From the NCBI GenBank assembly GCA_951406725.2, contig OX597816.1, positions 70,804,001 through 70,868,000 on the forward strand: a stretch of DNA of 64,000 nucleotides, in the 5' to 3' direction. How positions within the stretch are numbered: position 1 is the stretch's first letter; every line of letters starts with the position of its first letter. This DNA is from Octopus vulgaris. Taxonomy: Eukaryota. The notes beneath the pieces were generated by a model. It was not told the DNA's origin and did not search any database. It saw only the letters and a list, made by a program, of their open reading frames with translations. Below, in pieces: positions 11,501-22,000 of the stretch. Made by a program: the position numbers and the translations under genes.

Positions 11501-14500
11501 GAGCATGATCATTACCAACATCGCCTTACTGGAACCTGTGCTGGTGGCATGTGTAAAAGAATTTGAGCGAGGTCGTTGCCAGTACCGCCTGACTGGCCCC
11601 CATGCCGGTGGCACATAAAAAGCACCCACTACACTCTCGGAGTGGTTGGCTTTAGGAAGGGCATCCAGCTGTAGAAACTCTGCCAAATCAAGATTGGAGC
11701 CTGGTGCAGCCATCTGGTTTGCCAGTCCTCAGTCAAAATCGTCCAACCCATGCTAGCATGGAAAGCGGACGTTAAACAATGATGATGACTACCACATCAC
11801 ATTAGAACAACTTGTTGTCATTACACAACATTACACCACTACACTGCTGCTATATCGCACAACCCTACACAACACACCATTCCTTCCTTAAAAACACCAT
11901 CTCAATATGCTGCCGCTGCCATTATTGTTACCATCATCACAACGCTTGTTTCAGTACTTATATATCAAAAACCAAATGCAAGTGCACGAATGCACATCAT
12001 TCTGAATCTGTCTACTTACTCAGGTCGAACAGCGGAGGCACTAATCTGAGCAAATTTCTTCACTTTGTTTCGAATGACATCAATTCCTCGTTCATCGGAA
12101 GAGTTCAGTTCCAAGACACGGCTGCGGTACATATCATGTCTAAACAAAATAAAGAAAAAGGGAAAAAAAATTTTTTCTTTTAAATAGGAATCTTTAAAAG
12201 GGTAAAACTAGGGGAAATAAAAAGAAACTTCTATCTATGCAATTAAGAGGTAATAAATCTGTTCACATACATACCCAAACAATTCTCTGGCTGCTGCAAG
12301 TATTGTGGATGTTTTACCAGTACCAGGTGGTCCGTAGAACAACAGATTTGGCAACTGTCAAATGAGACAGGAGACTGAGAGATAGTGAAAAGTATACATA
12401 AGAATATATATATGAAAGTTACATGGCAAACCAGCTGGTGCCACATAAAAAGCACCCAGTACACTCTGTAAAGTAGTCTTAGCAGTGATTCTCTCTCTCC
12501 AATGCCCAGTCTCTTTTACAATCTCTTGAACAAGCCTCAAATTGTGTAGGTCTTTAACTCAATGAGTCCAAGACTGAATATGTAAACAAGTGCCTGTCCA
12601 ACAGTGATTTCATCATCCATACTCTCAACAATACGCCCTTAAATATGGTTTCTGATTACAAATATCTTGGGTCATACATATCATCATCTGAAAAAGATTT
12701 TCTAACGAGAAAGGGTATGGCCTGGTCAGCCTGTGATGATATGCATAAGATCTGGTCATCAAATTTAAGTAGAGATTTCAAACTTAAAATCTTCAAAGCC
12801 ACAGTCGAACCAATTCTACTATATGGCTCAGAAACCTGGATGTTATCAAAGAAGCTTGAGAGGTGGTTGGATGGAACTTACACTCGCCTCCTTATGAGAG
12901 CTCAAAATCTCTCGTGGAAGCATCATCCAACCAAAATACAAATATATGGGAAACTACCACCTGTATCATCTCTTGTGAAAGGTAGAAGAGTCCAGTTTGC
13001 TGGACATTGTTGTAGAGCTGAAAACGAGGTAATTTCTACTCTTCTCCTCTGGAAGCCATCTGCTCGCGATACCAGAGGGCGTACACTCTCCTACCCTGAT
13101 GTAATCTCCAGGGATACAGGCATCCAGCAACAGGACCTCCGTAATGCTAGGATGGACCATGAAGTCTGGTGTAACATAGTAAATTCCATTGTCTTGACCA
13201 CAGTCAAACAATGGTGATGAAAGCAGTCGGCATTAGGAAGGGCATCCAGACACAGAAACTATACCAAATAAGACAATAGGAACCTGGTGTAGCTCTCAGG
13301 TCTGTCAGCTCCTGTCAAACAATCCAACCCATAGAAAACAGACATTAAAAGATTATGAAGATGTGTACGTGTGTATGTATATTATCTCTGTAGCAAGACA
13401 CCTCTGCTTGTCCCTCTATCATATTTTAGTCTCCAAGACCTGGTATTAGGCCATCTCCCCACTATATATATGAATGGTTTTGCATAGACATCAAAGGGGA
13501 TGTAACATCAGAAGATGGTTTGTTTGAGTGGTTAATGAAAGCTATACATACAACAATAAGTAAATAGACACAAACACATCATGCCTATCAATGGTGTATG
13601 AAACATTAAGTATGATACATAGATGGCATGTTTCAGTAATCTGCAATTTAAATGATGATACATCAAAGGAGAACTAAACCATTTTTAAAAATAAAGATAG
13701 ATAAAGAAACTACTATACAAAGTAATTGATGTAAATATGACTGACCAAAAGAAGGCTGCAAGCTAGCAGAACTGTTAAATGCTGGACAAAATGTTTAGCG
13801 GCATTTTGTCCTTCTTCATGTTCTAAGTTCAAATTCCACTAAGGTTGACTTTTCCTTTCATCCATCTGGGGTCGATAGAATAAGTACCAGCTGAACACTG
13901 AAGTCGATATAATAGACTTAACCCTTCCCCTGAAATTACTGGTCTTGGGCGAGAATTTGAAACCAATGAGTGATCAAAATCCTTGAATACAGTGCCCCAG
14001 GATAGCCACTGACAAAGGACTGAAACCGGTGAAAGAGCAAAAGTATTAATGAGTAAAAGAATAAACTAGAACACTTACATCAGAACCCTGAAGAGATTTC
14101 TTTAGAACGTGCACAACTTCATCTTGGTAAGCAACATCATCAATTTGTCGAGGACGACTACACAGTAGAAACAATAAAAAAAAATAAACATTAATGACAA
14201 ACGTCCCAGGTGAGGCTCATATCAGCCCTAAAAAAGCTGTGGTTAAGGTATACAAGACTTGAAGGAGTGCCAGCCCTAGAAAAGTGACAAACGTCCCAGG
14301 TGAGTCTCATATCAGCCCTAAAAGAGCTGTGGTTAAGGTGTACAAGACTTGAAGGAGTGCTGGCCCCAGACAAGTGACAAATGTCCCAGGTGAGGCTCAT
14401 ATCAGCCCTAAAAGAGCTGTGATTAAGGTATACAAGACTTGAAGGAGTGCTGGCCCTAGACAAGTGACAAACGTCCCAGGTGAGTCTCATATCAGCCCTA

Positions 14501-15537
14501 AAAGAGCTGTGGTTAAGGTATACAAGACTTGAAGGAGTGCTGGCCCCAGACAAGTGTCAAACAGGCCAAATGTTATGTGGACATACGCTGATATCACATG
14601 AATTCAGTTTCCTAGTTTTGGGGTTAAAAATACAAACCCTGTAATTCAAGGATAAGCTTCGGAGGGCTATAGATCAGCAGAATAAATCATAAATGTAATG
14701 GCAAAAGGCAATGGAAAACCACTGTTATATCTTTTCTCATGAAAAATCTCGAATCTTCAGATTTCGTTTTGGAGACCAATGATTGCCAACACCTGAAGGC
14801 AAAGCATGAAGAGAAGACAGGGAGATTTCTACCTCATCAACAGATCACCAGTTACAAGCATACAAATCTGTTGTGTCCTTTCTGTACCTTTCACTGTACT
14901 ATAAAAAAATTATTTATTTGATTGTCAAACCTTCATTCACTTGCATTCTACAACCAATAACACACATATGTGTTGTTACTACTACATAGTCTGTTTCTTT
15001 GTACTAGCAAGCTTTGTACCATCCCCAGCATAAGTTTCTCTAATAGCTTGCTTTCACAATTCCTTACATTTCATCTTAAACCTCAAAGTTCATACTATTA
15101 AAAAAAAAATGCCCTCCAGTTGATCCTTGGATAATGTGGCAAGTATTCAGGCTGTCTCCAATCTAAGGATAATTTCTTCTCTTTAGTCACAGTGGCCCTG
15201 GAAAGAGTCATGAGCACTGCTTCTTTTCCAGACGAGGGAGAGAGGGAGAGCAAATAAAAAATGACACTTTCATCTTGGTTTTTTGACAGACTGATATGCT
15301 CTTAATCTTTCCATGACACACACCAACACAAACTTATTTTGTTTCAATAATATTAAAACCTTATATGTAATAATTTAAGTGGATGCTTACCCTTTAAAAA
15401 ACAATGTTAGGATTAGATTTAAACACTTACTATTTCTCTACCCAGGGTATATGTGCTTCTTTGGTCGTTTCTGTTGATACAGGCTTCTCTTTTCTCTTGA
15501 TGAAGCCAGAACTTCCAGGCTTGAGAAAAGCATGCAT
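145..15537 (-). CDS. RFC4: Replication factor C subunit 4 (RFC37-like), 3'-partial multi-exon gene: complement(join(145..465,8043..8112,12020..12139,12275..12354,14079..14157,15431..15537)), 259 codons in window
   Basis: Spliced translation MHAFLKPG...[21 protein letters not shown]...[27 protein letters not shown]...[20 protein letters not shown]...[65 protein letters not shown]...EGDLRRAIT. Shows RFC boxes, Walker A, DEAD Walker B and SRC. All introns are GT-AG and phases are consistent. Confidence 0.95.
545..1290. repeat. 66-bp minisatellite, about 11 units, expanded inside a family B retroposon
   Basis: Unit GCCGGTGGCACATAAAAAGCACCATCCAAATGTGGTTGAAACCAGTACCCACTGACTGGTTCCTGT; explains the 22-aa periodic ORFs. 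Confidence 0.93.
2845..2952 (-). ncRNA. Type I hammerhead ribozyme motif (mirror copy, sense to RFC4 pre-mRNA)
   Basis: Reverse complement of 6991-7098 with one substitution in stem II. Confidence 0.72.
6991..7098 (+). ncRNA. Type I hammerhead ribozyme motif with extended stem II
   Basis: CU-CUGAAGA-GGCCGUGGGGCA...UGUCCUCACUGCC-GAAA-CAGCUG-UC|AG. Palindromic stem III; internal hairpin AUGCCUCAUUUA(U)ACCU/AGGUUAAAUGAGGUAU. Confidence 0.72.
8043..8112 (-). CDS. RFC4: RFC4 coding exon 5 (Walker B)
   Basis: Encodes [23 protein letters not shown]; TAG acceptor, GTGAG donor. Confidence 0.93.
8186..10115 (-). mobile_element. Helitron remnant: degenerate Pif1-type helicase plus 3' terminus
   Basis: Peptides [24 protein letters not shown] and [21 protein letters not shown]...[10 protein letters not shown]. 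Subterminal hairpin CCTGGGCAATGCCAGG followed by CTAG|T at 8186. Interrupted by SINEs. Confidence 0.88.
10396..10622 (+). mobile_element. Mariner transposase C-terminal remnant
   Basis: LGWKVL..PGSPDF (decayed YSPDL) and [21 protein letters not shown]. Confidence 0.75.
10850..11110. repeat. Second fold-back copy of the 51.1-51.4 kb family
   Basis: Arms about 10852-10912 and 10990-11048; motif at 10944-10980 minus with core UUGAGAA and G12 changed to A. Confidence 0.75.
12020..12139 (-). CDS. RFC4: RFC4 coding exon 4
   Basis: Encodes [39 protein letters not shown]; GTAAGT donor. Confidence 0.93.
12275..12354 (-). CDS. RFC4: RFC4 coding exon 3 (Walker A)
   Basis: Encodes [27 protein letters not shown]; CAG acceptor, GTATGT donor. 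Confidence 0.93.
12560..13220 (+). mobile_element. 5'-truncated RTE-clade LINE (RT C-terminal region)
   Basis: [26 protein letters not shown] and RRVQFAGHC motifs; nested in a SINE-like repeat. Confidence 0.88.
14079..14157 (-). CDS. RFC4: RFC4 coding exon 2
   Basis: Encodes [26 protein letters not shown]; TAG acceptor, GTAAGT donor. Confidence 0.92.
14196..14556. repeat. 90-bp minisatellite, 4 units
   Basis: Units start at 14196, 14286, 14376 and 14466. Confidence 0.93.
15431..15537 (-). CDS. RFC4: RFC4 first coding exon
   Basis: ATG at 15537-15535; encodes [35 protein letters not shown](Y). A CAG acceptor at 15551-15553 implies an upstream non-coding exon. Confidence 0.9.
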
Positions 15538-16572
15538 TGTGTTAACAGCACTGAAATAAAGGGAAGGTCTTGTTAATTACTTAAAGCAGTGTCACTCATT
15601 AACATAATCAATTAATGTCTGTTTTTCATGCTGGCATGTGTTGGAAGGTTTGACAGGATCTGGCAATCACCAAGGCCAAGTTCAGCTTTGAAATGTTTTC
15701 TATGGCTGGATGCTGTTCCTAATGCTAACTAATTTACAGTGTGTACTGGATGCTCTTTTCATGCCACTGGCATTAATGAAATTGTCAAGAAAGACGAGAC
15801 CAGGTAAAAGGAAAAAAACCTCTCAGCTAAGAAGATGAGATAATATATATACATATATATATATAAAATTAACTTGGTGAAAAGTGCCCAGCAAGTAGTG
15901 CTACTCCTTGTCTATTTGTAATATGAGATAGTACATAATAAGGTGTGTTGTATGCAATGCTGTTTTAAAATTCATCAACAGCCTGCCCTTTTTTTCATAT
16001 CAAAAAAATTTGGAGTTGCTCGTACAGTATTACACCAGCTTCAGCATTGAATCGTCAAGAGAAGTGAGGTTGATAAACAAGCCAAACATGCTACTTTCAG
16101 TTTTTTTAACCCTTCTTGCTTTTGTTTATGAATGTTGGGTAATGTCCAAAAGAGTATGATTGTGAATAGAAGCAGGCAAATTGGGGTGAACATAAGCAAA
16201 TAATATATGATTAAACTAAAGGGCTCAGTGTTTAGAGTATTGGGCTCTCAATCACGAGGTATTGAGTTCAATTCCCAGACCGGGATGTGTGTTGTGTTCT
16301 TGAGCAAGACACTTTATTTCACATTGCTCCAGTTCATTTAGCTGTACAAATAAGTTGTGATGTCTTTGGTGCCAAACTGTATCAGTCTTTGCCTTTCCCT
16401 TGGATAACATCAGTGGCATGGAGACAGGAGGCTGGTATGCATGAGTGATTGCTGGTCTTCTATAAACAACCTTGCCCAGACTTGTGCCTTGGAGGGTAAC
16501 ATTCTAGGAGCAATCTCATGATCAGCCACTGTTTACTGGTAATGACATTCCTTTATCTTTTATAGGTTTCAG

Positions 16573-17225
16573 TCAGAGGGTGAGACCATGCTGGGACACC
16601 ACCTGGTTTTCTTCAAGGAATTGTTTCTGGTGAAGTAGCAAGTTGGACAGATGTAGTTTTCTTTGTGTCGCCAGCATTGATGTAGGTTTATCTGGTATGT
16701 CAGGTAAAAATCTGTGCAAACAATCTTCGAAAACCACACCATCTACACCTAACAGTTCTCTGATATTGTTTGGCAGAATGTTGAAAAGTTGTGGGCTCTT
16801 AAAACCTAAACCAGTGCTCTGCAACTTTTTTTTTTTTTTCACTTGTGGAACAGTTGCATTCTTTTCAAAATTCGGTGGCACACCTGAAAAATAATGACTA
16901 AAAGTATAGGGGAAAAAATTATTTTCTGGTTACAGGGCGACACACCGGTTGCAGAGCACTGAAACTAAACTGTTACATTAACCTGCACTTATTCCAAACG
17001 TAGAAGACAGGATCTTAGGTAATTTACAGTGTCGTCCAGTTCAGTGGGAGATAGACCTTTCAGGATCTTTCTTATGTATAATCACTCCGTATATTCCGCA
17101 TCTTCTTTTTAGGGAGTAAAACCTCAGTTCTTTTAGCCTCTCCCAGTAGATCATCTGTTGTACCAAAGCAATCTTCTCTGTGCAGTGTCTTTGGATTGCT
17201 CCAAGTTCCGCTATTTGACGCTCTG
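16573..17225 (-). mobile_element. Degenerate CR1-like LINE 3' fragment
   Basis: IQRHCTEKI..YWERLKELRFYSLKRR and PQLFNILPNNIR..FLPDIPDKP; interrupted by a MITE. Confidence 0.7.
16812..16961. mobile_element. hAT-type MITE
   Basis: TIR CAGTGCTCTGCAAC...GTTGCAGAGCACTG; imperfect TSD. Confidence 0.7.
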
Positions 17226-17335
17226 CGGCGACCTCAGATGGAAACAGTAACCAGGTGACTGAGAACGAATGTTCTCCATAGGAGTAGCATGGTTCCCTTT
17301 CCCACGCCCTTTTTCCTTTATTGTGTAGAACTGTT

Positions 17336-17990
17336 GGCATTCTTTCGATATAACTCGACAAAATCAAAACATTTCACTTCGGGTATTTCCGTGGAAGCAA
17401 ATGACAGTTCGAATTCTGTTTTCTGCTTGGAAATTTGCGGATTTTACATGCACACATGAAACAGGTTAGAACAAATATGCAAGGCGCAGGAGTGGCTGTG
17501 TGGTAAGTAGCTTGCTAACCAACCACATGGCTCCGGGTTCAGTCCCACTGCGTGGCATCTTGGGTAAGTGTCTTCTGCTATAGCCCCGGGCCGACCAATG
17601 CCTTGTGAGTGGATTTGGTAGACGGAAACTGAAAGAAGCCTGTTGTATATATGTATATATATATGTATGTGTGTGTGTGTTTGTCCCCCTAGCATTGCTT
17701 GACATCCAATGCTGGTGTGTTTACGTCCCCGTCACTTAGCGGTTCGGCAAAAGAGACCGATAGAATAAGTACTGGGCTTACAAAGAATAAGTCCCGGGGT
17801 CGATTTGCTCGACTAAAGGCGGTGCTCCAGCATGGCCGCAGTCAAATGACTGAAACAAGTAAAAGAGTAAAGAGTAAAAGGCTTTTTTTCTTCAAGTTTA
17901 AAATGAGACATTGCTGGCATAATTTCGTTATATCTATACTCCACAACTCAAGGAAATACCCAAAGTGAAATGTTTTGATTTTGTCGAGTT
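17336..17990. mobile_element. Second copy of the same MITE, opposite orientation, split by a SINE at about 17484-17880
   Basis: Same TIR; internal sequence is the reverse complement of 19095-19350. Confidence 0.8.
17484..17880 (+). mobile_element. tRNA-derived SINE, family A, full length. Other copies at about 1673-2070 +, 8359-8778 +, 10118-10370 +, 26655-27078 -, 37388-37700 -, 41700-42307 -, 48756-49075 +, 49330-49485 -, 50615-50921 +
   Basis: A box TGGCTGTGTGG, B box GGTTCAGTCC, CORE-like CTTGGG(C/T)AAGTG, internal (TA)n/(TG)n, GTAAAAGA tail. Confidence 0.88.
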
Positions 17991-18610
17991 GATCAGCCCT
18001 GATAAATTAGATATTTTTTTCCTTTCTCATACATAGTTCATTATTCGATGCATCCTTTTTATTTTAAAGACAACAGCGACTTGAGGGAGATTTTGGTTAC
18101 CACTATTTCTACGTCTAGTGATAAGTTATAGTGGCGTTGACTCGTTACTATGTACTAGTAGTTTATGCTGAACCTTGGATCAGCAAGTCAGCCTCCATTT
18201 AGTAATTCTACCTGTTAGAAACAGCAGCCAAATCTTCATCAAATTGAACCGTACTGTCTTTCCAAAAAAGCGCCGGAACACAAATACAAACACTTAATAG
18301 AATTGTCGCGACTGTGACACCTTTGATCACTGTAAGTTTGCTTAATCGGAGTAATTTACAGCTAAACAACAACAAAATAACAATAATCTAAGCGTTGGTA
18401 TATCTATAAATTTTAATTCAGTAACACTGTTGTGGTGCACCTGAGCACTGTATACAATAATTTCAATATTATTATTGAAATTATATTTCAATACACGAAA
18501 ATATAACATTTATACACACTTAAACGAAAGTTATATTGTTCTACAGAATAACTATTTCAACTTATTATATCAAACAACTTATTAATAAAAGGTGCGCGAT
18601 ATATATTTAC

Positions 18611-18760
18611 CTGATCAATAAGTAAATTATTACAAGAGTGTGATATAATATAAATATATTCAGACAACAATCAAGATTATTATTATACTGAATACACTTT
18701 AAACAGAGTTCCCGCCATTTACTAAATAATGGTAAACAGCTCTTTGAGCATGCGTGACCG
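18611..18760 (-). other. RFC4: Putative non-coding first exon of RFC4 (5' boundary approximate)
   Basis: CAG|GTAAAT donor at 18611/18610, next to the promoter-motif cluster. Confidence 0.5.
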
Positions 18761-18840
18761 GAACACGAAATTTGACATTTATTAGCGGAAGTTAAACAAA
18801 AGTTGTTCCCCTTTGTTTTCACTACGACGGAAGTTGTTTA
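18700..18840. promoter_or_regulatory. Candidate bidirectional RFC4/GTF2F2 promoter
   Basis: CpG-containing, repeat-free stretch between divergent genes. ETS-type CCGGAA at 18758 and CGGAAGT at 18786 and 18828; overlapping E2F-like TTCCCGCC and YY1-like CCGCCATTT at 18709-18720. Confidence 0.6.
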
Positions 18841-18979
18841 GTCCTTTTTGTGGACATTGTTTCTTTGAGTAATTCTATTGAAAAACTATATTGAAAGTGT
18901 GTTTATTTTAAAAAGAATTCTTTACATCCAGCATTGTTCTGGATATAAGTGTTTGTAGATACATACATATCAACTAGTT

Positions 18980-19051
18980 ATGAGTGAAATTGGACATGAA
19001 ACCAAAGAGGTCGATTTAACGGCTGCTGGCCGAGGTGTATGGTTAGTTAAA
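18980..19051 (+). CDS. GTF2F2: GTF2F2 coding exon 1
   Basis: Encodes MSEIGHETKEVDLTAAGRGVWLVK; GTAAGT donor. Confidence 0.92.
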
Positions 19052-22000
19052 GTAAGTAAAACTCCTTCCATAAACTATGCTTATATATATATATGGCATT
19101 CTTTCGATATAACTCGATAAAATCAAAACATTTCACTTTGGGTATTTCCGTGGGTTGTGGAGTATAGATATAACATGTCTCATTTTAAACTTGAATGAAA
19201 AAAAATCCTTGCATATTTGATCTTACCTGTTTAATGTGTGTATGTAAAATCCGCATATTTCCAAGCACATAACAATCGAACTCATTTGCTTCCACGGAAA
19301 TACTCGAAGTGAAATGTTTTGATTTTGTCGAGTTATATCGAAAGAATGCCCCTATATATGTATACACACACATATATAAGTATCTAAGTATCCATAAATC
19401 AAAAAGATTAGCTAGAATGTGCCTCTTGGGGTGAGACATCTTTTGCTCTGTTTGTAATGCAAATTTCAAACAGCTAGCACATCTAGAAAGTGGTCAAGGT
19501 TTGAACAGGAGCAGAGACCATTTATTTGACCATTCAAAAGTTGGATCATTTAGTTTAACATATCTGTTTTGTTCATCTCTGGTGAGCAAACTCCCGAACG
19601 CCTAGATTGGGTTTTTAACCCCTAAACTCATGTGAAATCGGATGAAATGGATCTATAATACATGAAGGGCATCCAGTTGTAGAAAATCTACCTAAAAAAA
19701 ATAGTCTGACCTATGCAAGCATAGAAAAATTATGATAAATCCTCGGTTCTTGTATGTAACGATATTGTTTAGCATGTCAAGTGCGATGTTATTGTGATTG
19801 AGGACAAAATTTTAACATCGTCGAACTTCAATATTAATGCTGTTGACCCTTCAGCGTGACTTTCATAGCTGTATGGTTTATTATTTATTATTATTTTCAG
19901 GTTCCCAAGTATTTGTCGGAGAAATGGAGGAAGGCTCCCTGTAGTTGTGAGGTGGGAAAACTGAAGATCACTAGATCAAGGTAAGTTGACGAACTTGCTT
20001 TTCTTACTATGGTGATGAGTAAAATAGATCATCAATCGGGTGGAGCCTTAGACTGATCTACTTGACACATGAGTGATAGTTTGCCATAATCTTAAGAGTG
20101 ACAGCAAATTGCTTTGCAGTATTTAACTCTGCCATTTTATGTTCTGAATTCATATTTTGCCAAGAAAGTGTTGGCATGGCTTATTGGTTAAAAAAGTTCT
20201 CGTCCCAACCACATTGTTTCAAGTTTAATATTACAGTGTGGCACCTTGGCCAAGTGTTTTTTTTTTTAGTATAGACAGGTGCTGATCCAAACTTTGTAAA
20301 GCGATTTGATAGATGTAAACTAACAAAAGCCTTTTGTGTATGTGTTTGTTTACATACAATTGCACCTCACTAAATATCAGCTACAATGTTGTCATTTCGC
20401 CTATCAACAAATTGCCTACTGTCTTTGCACCTTCAGAGATGTGTAAAACAAGATTCTTGTAAAACAAATAAGGGTTAGCAACTGGGAGGCCACCCAGCTG
20501 TAAACCAATACTTCAATAACACATTTATCTAACCCTTAGGGGATCCACTTATGATTTTACTGTTAAAATTTGTGTGATAAATTTGTTATACCTCACCAAT
20601 ACACAAAATATTTTAACAGTTTTTTGTTGTTTTTTTTTTTTTATACAATTCCCAATAATGTTCAATTATATCCAAAATATATTACGATTTTTTAAACATC
20701 GAATGGCTATGACGGCCCATTTAAGTAAACTAAGAAGTGAAGTGGTCCAAAGGCAAAAAAATAGTTGAGAACAACTGATCTACCCCATGCTAGTATGCAG
20801 AAAAGAGACATAAAAATAAACAAATGTATTGAATTTACCTTTCATCTTCGAGTGTCGGTGAAATATTAATGTCAGTATCTGTAATTGTTAGCCTCTTTAA
20901 AATTGGAGGGTCTTGAACATGTGTTAGAAACCGTCACTATCATTGTGATGGTTGTTAGCATACACTTTCAGTTTGATGTCTAAGAATGCTTAATCTAGCA
21001 CAGTGAGTGGTTTTGCAGATTGTCTGAGTGATAACCTAAATCCCTTGTGATATTTAGTTTCATTCTAAGCTCAAATTCCATTGAGGTCAATAAAATAAAT
21101 ACCTGTTAATCTCCAGAAGATTGTGGTCGTGTTAGAAATTTGTTTTTAATGGCATGATTATTGTTGTTATTTGTGTGTGTTGTTGTTTCTGGGCCCTTTA
21201 GAAATGTTCTACCTTTGATAGATCGACAAGAAACATTAATATAATCTAAATTAAACTACAGGTTTCCCTTGTGTAATCAAGTATGATTTGGTAGTGTATA
21301 CCATGCTTTCACTAATTGCTTTAGGTACCTGTGTAGTATGTAAACATAAGCACCTTCCAAGTCCTTGATTCATTGAGAATGGGACAGCTAGAGAGAGAGA
21401 GTGAAATGAGGCTGCATTTGACTACTAGTAAAGAATTCCAACCACGTTTCGTGGTCTGCTACTTCAACAGCTCCTTTATAAGATCCAGAGGCTAAAGACA
21501 TCATCAGGAGGAACTACATCTGGTTTCGGCCCCTACTCTTCTACTGTTTTCAACATGGTGGGGCCCCCTCCTTTCGGAAGTGTTTTCAGCTCTGGTGTTG
21601 AGTACATTTTTCTTTGGTCTTTTGTTCTTTGGTTTCTTCAATGCAGCATCAACAAATGTCAGCAGGCGAATGACCACCCTGCCAAATTTCTCTTCAATAG
21701 GCTCCAGCAACCAGCACCTGTTAACTACCATGTGACACAATCTAAGCTTGAACCGACCAATGGGGAGGAAGAGTGTGTAGTTTTGGCCTGCGCCCTCTCT
21801 ACCTTCCAACAGAGTTGTGTTAGCTTCAATTCCTGCTGCAGGAGCCAGCTAGCTGTTTGGTGGTACAAGCCTTTGAACCAGCAAATGTGAACCTTCAAAA
21901 ATGAAGTTGGTCTCATCAGAACTTGATCTCATCATCATCATCATTTAGCGTCCGCTTTCCATGCTAGCATGGGTTGGACGGGTCAACTGGGGTCTGTGAA

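Noticed and set aside
21500-21920. ORFs of 101 and 111 aa, and a GAAAC...CUGAUGA pattern
   Set aside because: Only faint resemblance to a decayed non-LTR retrotransposon 3' end; no solid protein motif or stems.
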